64,000 nt of DNA from an uncultured Acidobacteriota bacterium. GTDB lineage: Bacteria; Acidobacteriota; Thermoanaerobaculia; Multivoradales; UBA5704. The notes below the pieces were generated by a model. It was not told where the DNA came from and did not search any database. It saw only the letters and a list, made by a program, of their open reading frames with translations. Each line of letters opens with the position of its first letter. The stretch's first letter is position 1. Shown here one piece after another: positions 49,446-60,500 of the stretch. Made by a program: the position numbers and the translations under genes. The DNA lies in NCBI GenBank assembly GCA_963770895.1, contig CAVYRF010000002.1, positions 5,376,001-5,440,000 on the forward strand, given 5' to 3'.

Positions 49446-51838
49446 GCACCGCCGCGTCCGCACCGTCCACGCCGTCCCCAGCGCGGTCCGCCGCCGCAGG
49501 GTCTCTGATCAACCTGCTGGCGCTGGCGCTGGGGCTGGCCGCGCTGCTGCTGATCCTGGCTTTTCTGTCCGCCCAGCTGAGCTGGGATCGGATGCAGCAG
49601 AATTTTGACCGCATCTATCGCGTCACCGAAGCGTTCAAGCTGCGCGACCAGGCGGTCAAATTTGGCGCCCTGAGCCCGCTCGTCATGGCGGACACGCTGC
49701 ACAAGGAATGGCCGGAGATCGCCGCGGCGGGGCGCATCATGCCGATTCTGGAAGGCACCTCCGCCGGCAAGGTGGCCGTCCGCCAGGGCAGTGAAAAGCA
49801 GCTGTACGAATACTTTTCGTGGGCCGATCCCAGCATCCTGCAGATCTTCACCCTGCCGTTCGTCGCCGGCGACGCGCGCACCGCGCTCGCCGCGCCCAAC
49901 TCGGTGATCGTCAGCGAATCGGCGGCCCGCAAGCTGTTCGGCGCCGCGCCGGCGGTCGGCAGGACGCTCAAGATCGACAGCGGCTATTCGGACGAGAACT
50001 ACCAGGTCACCGGCGTGTTCAAGGACCAGCCGTTCAACTCCCATTTTCACCTGCAGATCGTGGCGTCGTTCTCAAGCCTCGACCACGTCAAGGACCCGCG
50101 CATCCTGCGCACGCAGTTCTGGGTGAGCGACACCTACACCTACGTGCTGCTGGCGCCGGGGGCCTCCATCCAGACGGCGCGCGCCAGATTCCCGGCCTTC
50201 GTCGCCAAGCATTTCCAGAAGATCGAGGGCGCCCAGGTGACGCTCTTCCTGCAAAGCCTGGGCGACATCCACCTGCGCTCGCACCAGCTGTTCGAGTTCG
50301 AGCCCAACGGCGACATCGAGACGGTGCGCATCCTGGCCTGGGCTGCGGCCGCGACGCTGCTGATCCTGATGCTGAACTTCATGGCGCTGTCGACGGCGCG
50401 CTACCCGCGCGGCGCCTCCACGGCCGCCCTGAGCGCCGCGCGTGAGGCTGGCCGGGGCCGGCTGTTCCGGCGGCTCTTCGGCGAATCGCTGGCGCTGGCC
50501 GTCATCGCCCTGATCCTGGCCGTCATCCTGGTGCAGCTGGCCCTGCCGCCGCTCAACGGCCTGACCGGCGAGGCGGTGACGCTGCCTTTGGGTCCCGGCG
50601 CATGGGGCTTTGCGCTCGCCCTGGTGCTGGTGGCGAGCCTGGTCGCCGCCGCCTACGCGACGTGGTGCCTGACGGCTTGTCTGACGGGCGGCGATCTCAG
50701 GACGGCGGCCGCCGCCGCCGCCGGGGGCTCTGGACGGGTCTGGCGCACGGCGCTGGCCGGCGTGCAGGTCGCCGCCGGCGTGGTGCTGCTGGTCGCCGCC
50801 GGCGTCGTCCACGACCAGCTGCGGTTCGTGCGCGCGTTCAACCTTGGCTTCGACATGAACGACGTGATCGTCGTGCCCATCCGCGACGTCGGCTTGCGCG
50901 ATCACTATGCCGTCCTGAAGGCCACCATGGAGCGCATCCCCGGCGTCGTGGGCACCACCTTTTCATCGCTGGTGCTGGGCCAGCAGCCGCCGGAAGTCGG
51001 CACCTTTCTGGGCGACGCCAAGGCGCCGAAGGACCTGGCCACCCTGGTGACCGATCACGATTTCGTCAAGGTGCTGCGCATCGGGCTGGTCGCCGGGCGC
51101 GCCTTTTCGGCGCAGGTGCCGACCGACCAGCCGGCCGGGTTCATCGTCAACGAAGCGGCATTGCGGCTGTGGGGGCTGCCCTCGGCGCAGGCGTCGATCG
51201 GCCAGACCCTCAACTGGAACACCATCAAGAAGGGCGCGGTGGTGGGCGTGGTGCACGACTTCCACAACCAGCCGCTGCAGGTCGGCGTCGAGCCGCTGCT
51301 GATGCACATCCGGCCGATCGCGTTCCGCTACATGTACCTGCGCCTGGCGCCGCAGGACACCGCCGCGACCCTGCGCGCCGTCGCCGCCGCCTGGCGCGGC
51401 CTGGTGGCCGATAAACCTTTCGATTCCTTCCTGCTGGCCGACTACTACAATCGCTCCTACCGCGGCGAAAGGGAGCTCGCCGGGGTGCTCGTTCACGCCG
51501 CCCTGCTGGTCCTGGCCGTCGCCTTGCTGGTCCTTGCCGGTCTTGCCGCCTTCACCGGCGAAGCCCGCCGCGGCCAGCTGGCCGCCGCGTCGTCGACGTC
51601 GCGCGCCGCTCTCGTTCTGGGCCGGGCGCTGGCCGCGCCGGTCGTGGTCGCCTGGCTGCTCGGGTGCCTGCTCGCGTGGTGGGTGATGACCCAGTGGCTG
51701 GCGGCGCATTTCGCCGAGCACACCGGCGTCCACCCGGTGCTGTTCCTGACCGGCGCCCTGGCTGCCTTGGTGGTGACGGTGCTGGCCCTGATCGCTCCCG
51801 CCGCACGCGCCGCGCGCGAAGCCCGCGCCGGCGCGTAA
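49442..51838 (+). CDS. Duplicated MacB/FtsX-family ABC permease, translationally coupled to NRPS-B
   Basis: ATGA overlap with the NRPS-B stop. DRIYRV, PNSVIVSESAARKLFG, VTGVFKDQPFNSHF, LQSLGDIHL and VVGVVHDFH motifs; two periplasmic plus TM halves. Confidence 0.85.
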   Translation: MSTAASAPSTPSPARSAAAGSLINLLALALGLAALLLILAFLSAQLSWDRMQQNFDRIYRVTEAFKLRDQAVKFGALSPLVMADTLHKEWPEIAAAGRIMPILEGTSAGKVAVRQGSEKQLYEYFSWADPSILQIFTLPFVAGDARTALAAPNSVIVSESAARKLFGAAPAVGRTLKIDSGYSDENYQVTGVFKDQPFNSHFHLQIVASFSSLDHVKDPRILRTQFWVSDTYTYVLLAPGASIQTARARFPAFVAKHFQKIEGAQVTLFLQSLGDIHLRSHQLFEFEPNGDIETVRILAWAAAATLLILMLNFMALSTARYPRGASTAALSAAREAGRGRLFRRLFGESLALAVIALILAVILVQLALPPLNGLTGEAVTLPLGPGAWGFALALVLVASLVAAAYATWCLTACLTGGDLRTAAAAAAGGSGRVWRTALAGVQVAAGVVLLVAAGVVHDQLRFVRAFNLGFDMNDVIVVPIRDVGLRDHYAVLKATMERIPGVVGTTFSSLVLGQQPPEVGTFLGDAKAPKDLATLVTDHDFVKVLRIGLVAGRAFSAQVPTDQPAGFIVNEAALRLWGLPSAQASIGQTLNWNTIKKGAVVGVVHDFHNQPLQVGVEPLLMHIRPIAFRYMYLRLAPQDTAATLRAVAAAWRGLVADKPFDSFLLADYYNRSYRGERELAGVLVHAALLVLAVALLVLAGLAAFTGEARRGQLAAASSTSRAALVLGRALAAPVVVAWLLGCLLAWWVMTQWLAAHFAEHTGVHPVLFLTGALAALVVTVLALIAPAARAAREARAGA

Positions 51839-51857
51839 CGTCGCGCCGCCGCGCGGA

Positions 51858-54335
51858 TTAGTCGGTGCGCAGGGCGACGACGGGCGGGACGTGAGTGGCT
51901 TTGCGGCCCGGGATGTAGGTGGCGATCAGCACGGTGAGAATCAGGCCCAGGGCGACGGCGGCGAAGGTGATGGGGTCGGTGGTCGAAACGCCGTAGAGCA
52001 GGGAGCCCATCAGGCGGGTCATCACCACGGCGGCGGCCAGGCCGATGACGATGCCGAGGGCGGCCAGGCGGGCAGCTTCCATCAGCACCATGCGCAGCAC
52101 CGTGCCGGATTCGGCGCCGAGCGCCATGCGCAGGCCCAGCTCGCGCGTGCGTTGCGAGATGGAGTAGGCGGTGACGCCGTAGATGCCGATGATCGCCAGC
52201 ACCAGGGCGAGGCCGCCGAACAGGCCGAGCAGCATGACGCTGAAGCGGGGCTTGTCGACCGAGGTGGCGACCATCTGGTCGAGGGTGCGGATGCGCGACA
52301 CCGGCTGGCTGGGATCGACCTGGTTGACGGCGCCGCGCACCGCCGGCACCAGCGACATCGGGTCGACCGAGGTGCGCATGGCGATGCGCATCAGGAAGTT
52401 GACCATCATCGGGTTCTGCACCGGCACAAAATACATCTGCGACTGCAGATCGCCCATCAGGCCCGCTTCGCGCACGCTGCCGACGACGCCGACGATGGTG
52501 TACGGCGCGGGATTGGTCTTGCCCAGCAGCAGGTGCTTGCCGATGGGGTCTTCGTTGCCGAAGTAGTTTTTTGCCAACGTCTCGTCGATCATGACCACCT
52601 TGAGCGATTCGGCGGTGTCGGCGCTGCTGATCAGCCGGCCGCGCAGCAGCGGGATGTGCATCATCTCGAAGTAGCCGGGATCGGCGGCGCGCTGCAGCGC
52701 CACCTGGCCCAGGCCCTGCTCCGAAACCACGGTCCTGGGCGCCTGGCCTTCGATCTTGAACATCCGGAAGCCGCCGTCGCCGTCCATCGGCAGGTCGGAG
52801 ACGACGTAGGCCGAGGTCACCCCGGGCAGGGCGCGGATCTTGTCGACCACCCGTTCCAGGAACGGCAGCCGCGTCGCCACCGGGTAGCGATCCATCGGCA
52901 GGGCCAGCTCGATGGTCAGCGCCCGGGACGGGTTGAAGCCGGGATCGACGTCCAGCAGGTGCATGAAGCTGCGCATCAGCAGGCCGGCGCCGATCAGCAG
53001 CAACGTCGCGAGCGCCACTTCCGCGGCGACCAGGATGTTGCGCGTGCGATGGCTCTTGGCCGTGCCGGCGCCGGCGCGGGTCCCTTCGCGCAGCGACCCG
53101 GAGAGATCGGGGCGCGTCATCTGGAGAGCCGGTGCCAGACCGGCGAACAGGCTGGCCAGGATGCACAGCAGAGCGGTAAAGCCGATGGCGCGCGCGTCCA
53201 GCGAGAAGCCGCCGACGACCGCCAGGCCGACAGGAATGGACGCCGAGAAGGTGCGCAGCGCGATCTCGGCGAGGACGATGCCGATCGCGCCGCCGAGCAG
53301 GGCCAGCAGGCCGCTCTCGGTGAGCAGCTGGCCGATCAGCTGGCCGCGGCTGGCGCCCATCGCCATGCGCAGAGCGATCTCTTTCTGGCGCGACGCGGCG
53401 CGGGCGAGCAGCAGGTTGGCGACGTTGGCGCAGGCGATCAGCAGCACCAGGCCGACCGCCGCCCACAGCACGATGAGCGCCGTGCGCAGGTGACCGCGCA
53501 TCTGGTCGAGCAGCGGCTGCACGCTGGAGCTCCAGCTGGCGTCGGTCTTGGGGTACAGCTCGCCAAGGCGCAGGCTCAGGGCCTGCAGCTCGGATTGCGC
53601 CGCCGCCACCGTCACCCCCGGACGCAGCCGCCCGATCACCACGTCGTAGCGCACCGTGCGGTTCTGCCGCGCGTCGGCGTTGAGCGCGGTCGGCGCCCAC
53701 AGGTCGGTTTCGGGGGCAAACCCGTAGGGGCCGGGCGTTTCGAAGCCGCCCAGCGGGAAGGTGAAGCGCGGCGGCATGACGCCCACCACGGTGTAGGGGT
53801 TGCCGCCCAGCTGGATGACCTTGCCGATGACTTCGGGGTTGGCGCCGAAACGGCGCTGCCACAGCGCGTGCGACAGCACCGCCACGGTCGATTTGCCCAA
53901 GCTGTCGTCGGCGGCGTCGAGGGTGCGGCCCAGGGCGGCATGGGCGCCCAGCACGCGGAAGAATTCACCGCTGACGCGCACGACGCCCAGCTGTTCGGGT
54001 TCGCCCTGGCCGGTCAGCGCCTGGCGGTCGGACTGCATCATGGCCAGGCGCTCGAACGAGTGGCTCATCTTCTCGAAGTCGTAAAACGCCGCGTCGGAGA
54101 CCGGACCCTTGACGCCCAGGCCCTCGGTTTGCGGCAGCTTTGTATTGGTCGCCCAGGCGATCACCAGCCGGCTGGGGTCCTGGAACGGGGGGGGAGTAAG
54201 CAGGATCGCATCGACGATGCTGAAGATCGCGGAGTTGGCGCCGACGCCCAATGCCAGCGTGAGGATCGCGGCGAAAGCGAGCTCTTTGCGCAAATTGCGA
54301 ACGGCGAGACGCAGGTTCTGGAAGAATTGGGTCAT
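51858..54335 (-). CDS. ADOP-family duplicated ABC permease (no ATPase gene in window)
   Basis: LTLALGVGANSAIFS, LLIACANVANLLLAR..SRQKEIALRMAMGA, QRTRELGLRMALGA and a C-terminal ALR. Confidence 0.9.
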   Translation of the reverse strand: MTQFFQNLRLAVRNLRKELAFAAILTLALGVGANSAIFSIVDAILLTPPPFQDPSRLVIAWATNTKLPQTEGLGVKGPVSDAAFYDFEKMSHSFERLAMMQSDRQALTGQGEPEQLGVVRVSGEFFRVLGAHAALGRTLDAADDSLGKSTVAVLSHALWQRRFGANPEVIGKVIQLGGNPYTVVGVMPPRFTFPLGGFETPGPYGFAPETDLWAPTALNADARQNRTVRYDVVIGRLRPGVTVAAAQSELQALSLRLGELYPKTDASWSSSVQPLLDQMRGHLRTALIVLWAAVGLVLLIACANVANLLLARAASRQKEIALRMAMGASRGQLIGQLLTESGLLALLGGAIGIVLAEIALRTFSASIPVGLAVVGGFSLDARAIGFTALLCILASLFAGLAPALQMTRPDLSGSLREGTRAGAGTAKSHRTRNILVAAEVALATLLLIGAGLLMRSFMHLLDVDPGFNPSRALTIELALPMDRYPVATRLPFLERVVDKIRALPGVTSAYVVSDLPMDGDGGFRMFKIEGQAPRTVVSEQGLGQVALQRAADPGYFEMMHIPLLRGRLISSADTAESLKVVMIDETLAKNYFGNEDPIGKHLLLGKTNPAPYTIVGVVGSVREAGLMGDLQSQMYFVPVQNPMMVNFLMRIAMRTSVDPMSLVPAVRGAVNQVDPSQPVSRIRTLDQMVATSVDKPRFSVMLLGLFGGLALVLAIIGIYGVTAYSISQRTRELGLRMALGAESGTVLRMVLMEAARLAALGIVIGLAAAVVMTRLMGSLLYGVSTTDPITFAAVALGLILTVLIATYIPGRKATHVPPVVALRTD

Positions 54336-54399
54336 GGCATCTGGCCGCGTTGCGGCGCCTGTCCTCCGATCGGTTTTTGATCACCCAAAAGCTCACAGC

Positions 54400-54427
54400 A
54401 TGGTATCATCTAAAGTCGCTCTGTCAA
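54400..54427 (-). promoter_or_regulatory. Putative sigma70 promoter for the ADOP permease
   Basis: Minus-strand TTGACA, 16-bp spacer, TACCAT with an extended -10 TGn. Confidence 0.55.
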
Positions 54428-54507
54428 GGTAATACCTTCCGTTGCAGACCCATGTAGCATAGGCTTTGCGCACTACCGTCAGCCCCTGGCGTGGAGAGCT
54501 TGAAACG

Positions 54508-57500
54508 ATGAATTCGCCCGATGATCGAGCCGCCGCGCTCGTCGAAACCTTGCTGTCACATCCGCACGGCGACGCCGCCGATATCGTGACAGAAGAATCG
54601 AACTTCACGAACATCGCAAGCGACGCCGCAATCGCAAATCCAGCCGCGGCGGTGGTGAACGCCGCCGGCTCCAGCAACGTTGCCGTCGCCGGGCGCGATC
54701 GCGCCGCCGCCGCGGTGCGCGATGCGACGGTCGAACGGCTGGCCGCGATCTGGCGGGAGGTCTTCGCGCTCGGCGCCGTTTCGCCGGCGGACAGCTTCTT
54801 CGCCCTGGGCGGCGATTCGCTCAGCGCGGCGCAGATCGTGGCGAGCGTCAACCAGGACTTCGGCATCGACCTGCCGATCGACGCACCGTTCGAAGCACCG
54901 CTGCTCGCCGATCTCGCCGCCGTCATCGCCGGGATGTGCGAAGCGGAGGCCGCCGTGGCCGTGGGAGCCGCGGCCGGCGCGGCGGCTGGCGTCGGCCAGC
55001 CGCTGACCGGCGGCGGCGCGCCAGACGCGGCAGTGCAACACGCCGATACGGCCGGCGCGGCCGGCGCGGCCGACGCCGGGCCGGCTGCGCCAGGCCCGGC
55101 TGGCGCGGTGCCGGAGCTCACGGCCGCGCAGGGCGCGGTGCCGGAGCGTACGGCGCCGTTGTCGTTTGCGCAGCGGCGGCTGTGGTTTTTGCACCAGCTG
55201 GATCCGCTCAACCCGGTGCACAACATCGCCGCGCTGCTGCGGCTGAGCGGGCCGCTGGACCGGCGGGCGCTGGCGCTGGCGCTGGCGACGATCGTGCGCC
55301 GTCACCACGCGCTGCGCACGGTGTTTCGTGCGGCCGGCAGCGAGCCGTCCCAGCAGACCGCCACGGTGGCGGCGGGCGCGGCGGCGGTCGTCGCGCTGCC
55401 CGGCATCGACCTGACGGCGCTGCCGGCGGCGGCGCGCCGGCGCGAGTGGGAGCGCAGCGCGGCACTGGTGGCGCGCATGCCGTTCGGGCTTGAGGACGGC
55501 GTGCTGCTGCGGGCGGCGCTGATCGCCGGCGCGCCGTGCGAGCATGGGCTGGTCCTGGCGTGGCACCACATCGCCGCCGACGGCTGGTCGCTGGGTGTTT
55601 TTCTGCGCGAGCTGACCGCCGGCTATCAGGCCCTGCGCGGCGGCGGGTCCTGGCACCCTGCCAATCTGCCGCTGCAGTACGCGGACTTTGCAACGTGGCA
55701 GCGCGGCTGGCTGCGCGACCAGACGCTGGCGGCGCGGCTCGATTTCTGGCGCCTGGCGCTGGCGGGGGCGCCGCCGGCGCTGGAGCTGCCGGCGGACCGG
55801 CCGCGGCCGACCGTGCTGTCGCACCGCGGCGCGCATCACGAACGGCGGCTGCCCGGCCGGCTGACCGAGCGCCTGGCGGCGACGGCGCACGACGGCAAGG
55901 CCAGCGTTTTCATGGCGCTGCTCTGCGGCTTCGCGGCGCTGCTGACGCGCCTCACGGGCGAAGAGGACCTGGTGTTGGGCACGCCCATCGCCGGCCGCCA
56001 GCGCCGAGACCTGGAACCGCTGATCGGCGTCTTCATCAACAACCTGGTGCTGCGCATCGACGCCGCGGGCGATCCCAGCTTCCGCCAGCTGCTGGCGCGC
56101 GTGCGGCAGGCGGCGCTCGCCGCCTATGCCCACCAGGAGGTGCCGTTCGAAGCGGTGGTGGATGCTTTGGGCGGCCAGCGCGACCTGTCGCGCACGCCGC
56201 TGTTCCAGGTCCTGTTCGTCGAGCAGAGCGCGCCGCTGCGCCGTGCGGCGCTGGCGGATCTGACCGTCGAGCCGCGCGAGATCGACCTGGGCACGGCGCG
56301 CTTCGACCTGGCGCTGGCGGTGGCGCCGGTCGAAGACGGCTGGCTGGGTACCTGGAAGTACAGCACCGACCTGTTCGACGCGCCGACGCCGATGCGCATG
56401 GCGGTTCAGCTGGAAGCCCTGCTGGACGCGGCGGCGGCGCAGCCCGACGTGCCGCTGTCGCGGCTCGCCTGGTTCGCCGCCGGCGAGCGCCACCAGGTGC
56501 TGTCTGGCTGGAACGATACGGCGGTGCGCTACGCCGACGGCGGCGTCTGCCTGCACCAGCTGATCGCGGCGCAGGCGGCGCGCACCCCCGCGGCGATCGC
56601 CGTGTCGGCCCCCGGTGTCGATCTGACCTATGGCGCCCTGGAGCGGCAGGCGGGGCAGCTGGCGCGCCACCTGGGCAGCCTGGGGGTGGCGGCGGAAAGC
56701 CTGGTGGGCGTCGCGGCCGAGCGCTCGGCCGAGATGGTCGTGGGCCTGCTCGCCGTGCTCAAGGCCGGCGCCGCCTACGTCCCCTTCGATCCCGGCTATC
56801 CGGCCGAGCGCCTGCGCTTCATGCTCGACGACGCGCGGGTCGGCGTTCTGCTCACCCAGAGCCACCTGGCCGCGGCGCTGCCGCCGCACGCCGCCCGCGT
56901 GGTGCTGCTCGACGCGCCGTTTTCCGGCGCAGCGGCTGCGCCCGCGGTGGGCGCGGCGTGGGCGCATGCCGACAGTCCGGCGTACGCCATCTACACGTCG
57001 GGCTCGACCGGCAGGCCCAAGGGCGCCGTGGTGACGCATCGCGGGATCGTCAACCGGCTGCTGTGGATGCAGCAGGAGTACGGCCTCGCGGCGGACGACC
57101 GGGTGCTGCAGAAGACGCCATACAGCTTCGACGTGTCGGTGTGGGAGTTTTTCTGGCCGTTGATCGCCGGGGCGCGGCTGGTGATGGCGCCGCCGGGCGC
57201 GCACCAGGACCCGGCCTGGCTGGCGCGCATCGTCCAGGCCCAGGGCATTACCACGCTGCACTTCGTGCCGTCCATGCTGCAGGCGTTCCTGGCCCTGGCC
57301 GGCGAAGACCTGGCGGCGGTGTGCCGCACGGTCCGGCGGGTGATGGCCAGCGGCGAAGCGCTGCCGGCCGAGCTGGCGGAGCGCGCCCTGGCGCGGCTGG
57401 GGGCGCCGCTGCACAACCTGTACGGGCCGACCGAGGCGTCGGTCGACGTCAGCTTCCACGCCTGCCAGAGCGACGGCGGCCGGCGGCCGGTGCCGATCGG

Positions 57501-60500
57501 GCGGCCGATCGCCAACCTGTCGCTCTACGTGGTCGACCGTCACGGTGACGCGGTGCCGCCCGGCGTGCCGGGCGAGCTGCTGATCGGCGGCGTCGGGCTG
57601 GCCCGCGGCTACCTCAATCGGCCCGAGCTGACGGCCGCCCGCTTCGTGCCCCATCCCTGGGATGAGCGCGGCGGCGGCAGGCTCTATCGCACCGGCGACC
57701 TGGCGCGCTTCCGCCCCGACGGCGCCATCGAGTTCCTGGGCCGCCTGGACCACCAGGTCAAGGTGCGCGGCGTCCGCATCGAGCTGGGAGAGATCGAAGC
57801 CGCCCTGGTGCGCCACCCGCGGGTGCGCGAAGCCGTGGTGATGCTGCAAAGCGGCGCGCCGAGCGCCGCGCCCAGATCGGCTGGCGCGCCGGGCGCCGTT
57901 GCGCCCAGATCGGCTGGCGCGCCGGGCGCCGTTGCGCCCTGGTCGGCCGGCGCGGGCGAACCGCGCCTGGTCGCCTATCTGACGCTGACCGGCACGGCAA
58001 ACGAGCCAGGCGCCGCGGAGCTGCGGCGCTTCCTGGGCGACAGCTTGCCTGACGCCATGGTGCCGTCGGCGTTTGTGGTGCTGCCGGCGCTGCCGCTGAC
58101 GCCCAGCGGCAAGGTGGATCGGCGCGCGCTGGCGGCTCTGGACGGCGTCGACCTGGCGGCGCCGGCGCGGGAGCGGCCGTGGACGGCGCCGGCTACGGCG
58201 CTCGAACGGCACCTGGCGGGCCTGTGGCAGGAGCTGCTGCGGGTCGAGCGCGTCGGTCGCGACGACAGCTTCTTCGAGCTGGGCGGCGACTCGATTCAGG
58301 GCGCGATGTTCATCAACCGGTTGCAGGCCGACCTGGGCGAAATCCTGTACGTGATGGCGCTGTTCGACGCGCCGACGGTGGCGGGCTTCGCCGCCTTTAT
58401 GGAGCGCGCCTACCCGGTGGCGGCCGCCCGCCTGGGCGCCGCGCCGGCAGGAGCGCCGGTCGAGGTACCCGGCGCTGAAACGGTGTCGCAGCAGGTGGAC
58501 GAGCTCGACGTGGAAGCGGCGCTGGCGGCGGTGCACGCCGCGGCCGTGCGCCGGCTGGGACGCGGGGCGGTGGAGCAGGCGGAGAGGGCCGGTCAGGGGG
58601 CGGCCCGGCGGCGCAACGCGCGGGCGGTGTTCATCCTGGCGCCCTTCCGGTCGGGCACGACGCTCTTGCGGGTGATGCTGGCTGGGCATTCGCGCCTGTT
58701 TGCGCCGCCCGAGCTGGAGCTGCTCGGCTTCGGCACCATGGCGGAGCGCGCCGGCGCCTATGCAGGGCGGAACGCTTTTGCGCTGGAAGGGCTGCTGCGG
58801 GCGGTGATGGAGCTGCGGGACTGCGATGCCGACGCGGCGCGGGCCTGGGTGGCGCAGGGCGAACGCGACGGGCTGACGGTGGCGGACGTGTATCGCCAGC
58901 TGCAGGAGGCCGGCGGCGGACGCCTGCTGGTCGACAAGACGCCCAGCTATGCGCTCGATATCGACACTCTGCGCCGGGCCGAACAGATGTTCGACCAGCC
59001 GCTGTACGTTCACCTGGTGCGGCACCCGCGGGCGACGATCGACTCGTACGTCGAAGCGCACATGGACCAGGTGTACGACTTCCCGTTCGCGCCCACGGCA
59101 CAGGCGGAGCTGGTCTGGATGCTGTGCCACCGCAACATCCTCGATTTCGTGGCGGAGATGGAGCCGCGGCGCGTGCACCGGCTGCGCTTCGAAGAGCTGG
59201 TCAAGACGCCGCGGCAAGCGATGACGGCGCTGTGCGACTTCGTGGGCGTGCCGTTCGAGGACGCGCTGCTGGCGCCCTACGAGGGGCGCCGCATGGCCGA
59301 CGGCCTGCACGCCGCGTCGCGCATGATGGGCGATCCCAAGTTCCACCAACATCGCGGCATCGCCGCGGAAGTGGCCGACCGCTACAAGCAGGCCGCGGGC
59401 GCGCTGCGGCCCCAAACCTGGCAGCTGGCCGCCCGCTTGGGCTACCAGGTGCCGGCCGGCGCCGGCGTTGCGGCGACCCCTGCCGGCGCGGCTGCTCCCT
59501 CCGAGCCGGCCGCCCTGACCGGCGCAGGTGGCGCGGCTGCTCCCGCCGACGCTGACGCCGTGACCGGTGCAGCCGGCGCGGCGCCCGCTGCCGCCGGCGC
59601 CGGTTCGGTGCTGGTGCCTGTGCCGCGGCAGGCTGGCGCCGTGCTGCCGCTGTCGTATGCGCAGGAACGGCTGTGGTTCCTGGCGCAGCTCGATCCGGCG
59701 AGCCCGGCGTACAACATGCCGGCGACGGTGATGATGGAGGGCGCGCTCAAGGTGGACAGCCTGGCGCGCGCCTTCGACGCGGTGCGGCGCCGCCACGAGG
59801 TGCTGCGCACGACGTTCCCGGCGGTCGCGGGCCTGCCGGTGCTGGCGGTGTCGGAGGACGCTTCGGGGGCGCTGCCGGTGGTGGATTTGGGCGGACTGCC
59901 GGCGGACCGGCGGCGGCCCGAAATGGAGCGGCTGGCGCTGGCCGAGGGGCGGCGGCCGTTCGACCTGGCCGGCGGGCCGCGAGCTGAGGCGAGTGCCGGC
60001 GGGCTACCGCGGTCCGCCGGCCGAGCTGAGGCGAGTGCCGGCGGGCCACCGCGGCCGGCCGGCCTGCTGCGCACGACGGTGATCTCCCTGGGCAGCCATC
60101 TCCACGCGCTGCTCGCGACCATGCACCACATCGTGTCGGACGGCTGGACGATCGGTATTTTGACCCACGAGCTGGCGGTGCACTATCGGGCGTCGGTGCT
60201 GGCGCAGCCGGCGGTGGCGGACCAGCTGCCGGCGCTGCGGTTGCAGTACGCCGACTACGCCGCGTGGCAGCGGCGGTGGCTGGACGACCAGGCCGTGGCG
60301 GGGCACCTGGATTACTGGCGGCGCCGGCTCTCCGGGTGGCTGCCGCCGATGGATTGGCCGACCGACCGGCCGCGCCCGGCCAACCAGACGTCGCGCGGCG
60401 CGCGGGTGTCGCGGACGCTCGCCGCGGCGCCGGCGCAGGCGCTGCGGGAGTGGAGCCGCCAGCAGGGGACGACGCCCTTTCTCACGCTGCTGGCGGCGTG

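Noticed and set aside
13715-49463. Giant minus-strand ORFs (3125, 2437, 1333, 998 and 2735 aa) and long alternative-frame plus-strand ORFs over the NRPS genes
   Set aside because: Shadow ORFs caused by extreme GC codon bias; Arg/Ala-rich with no domain motifs.
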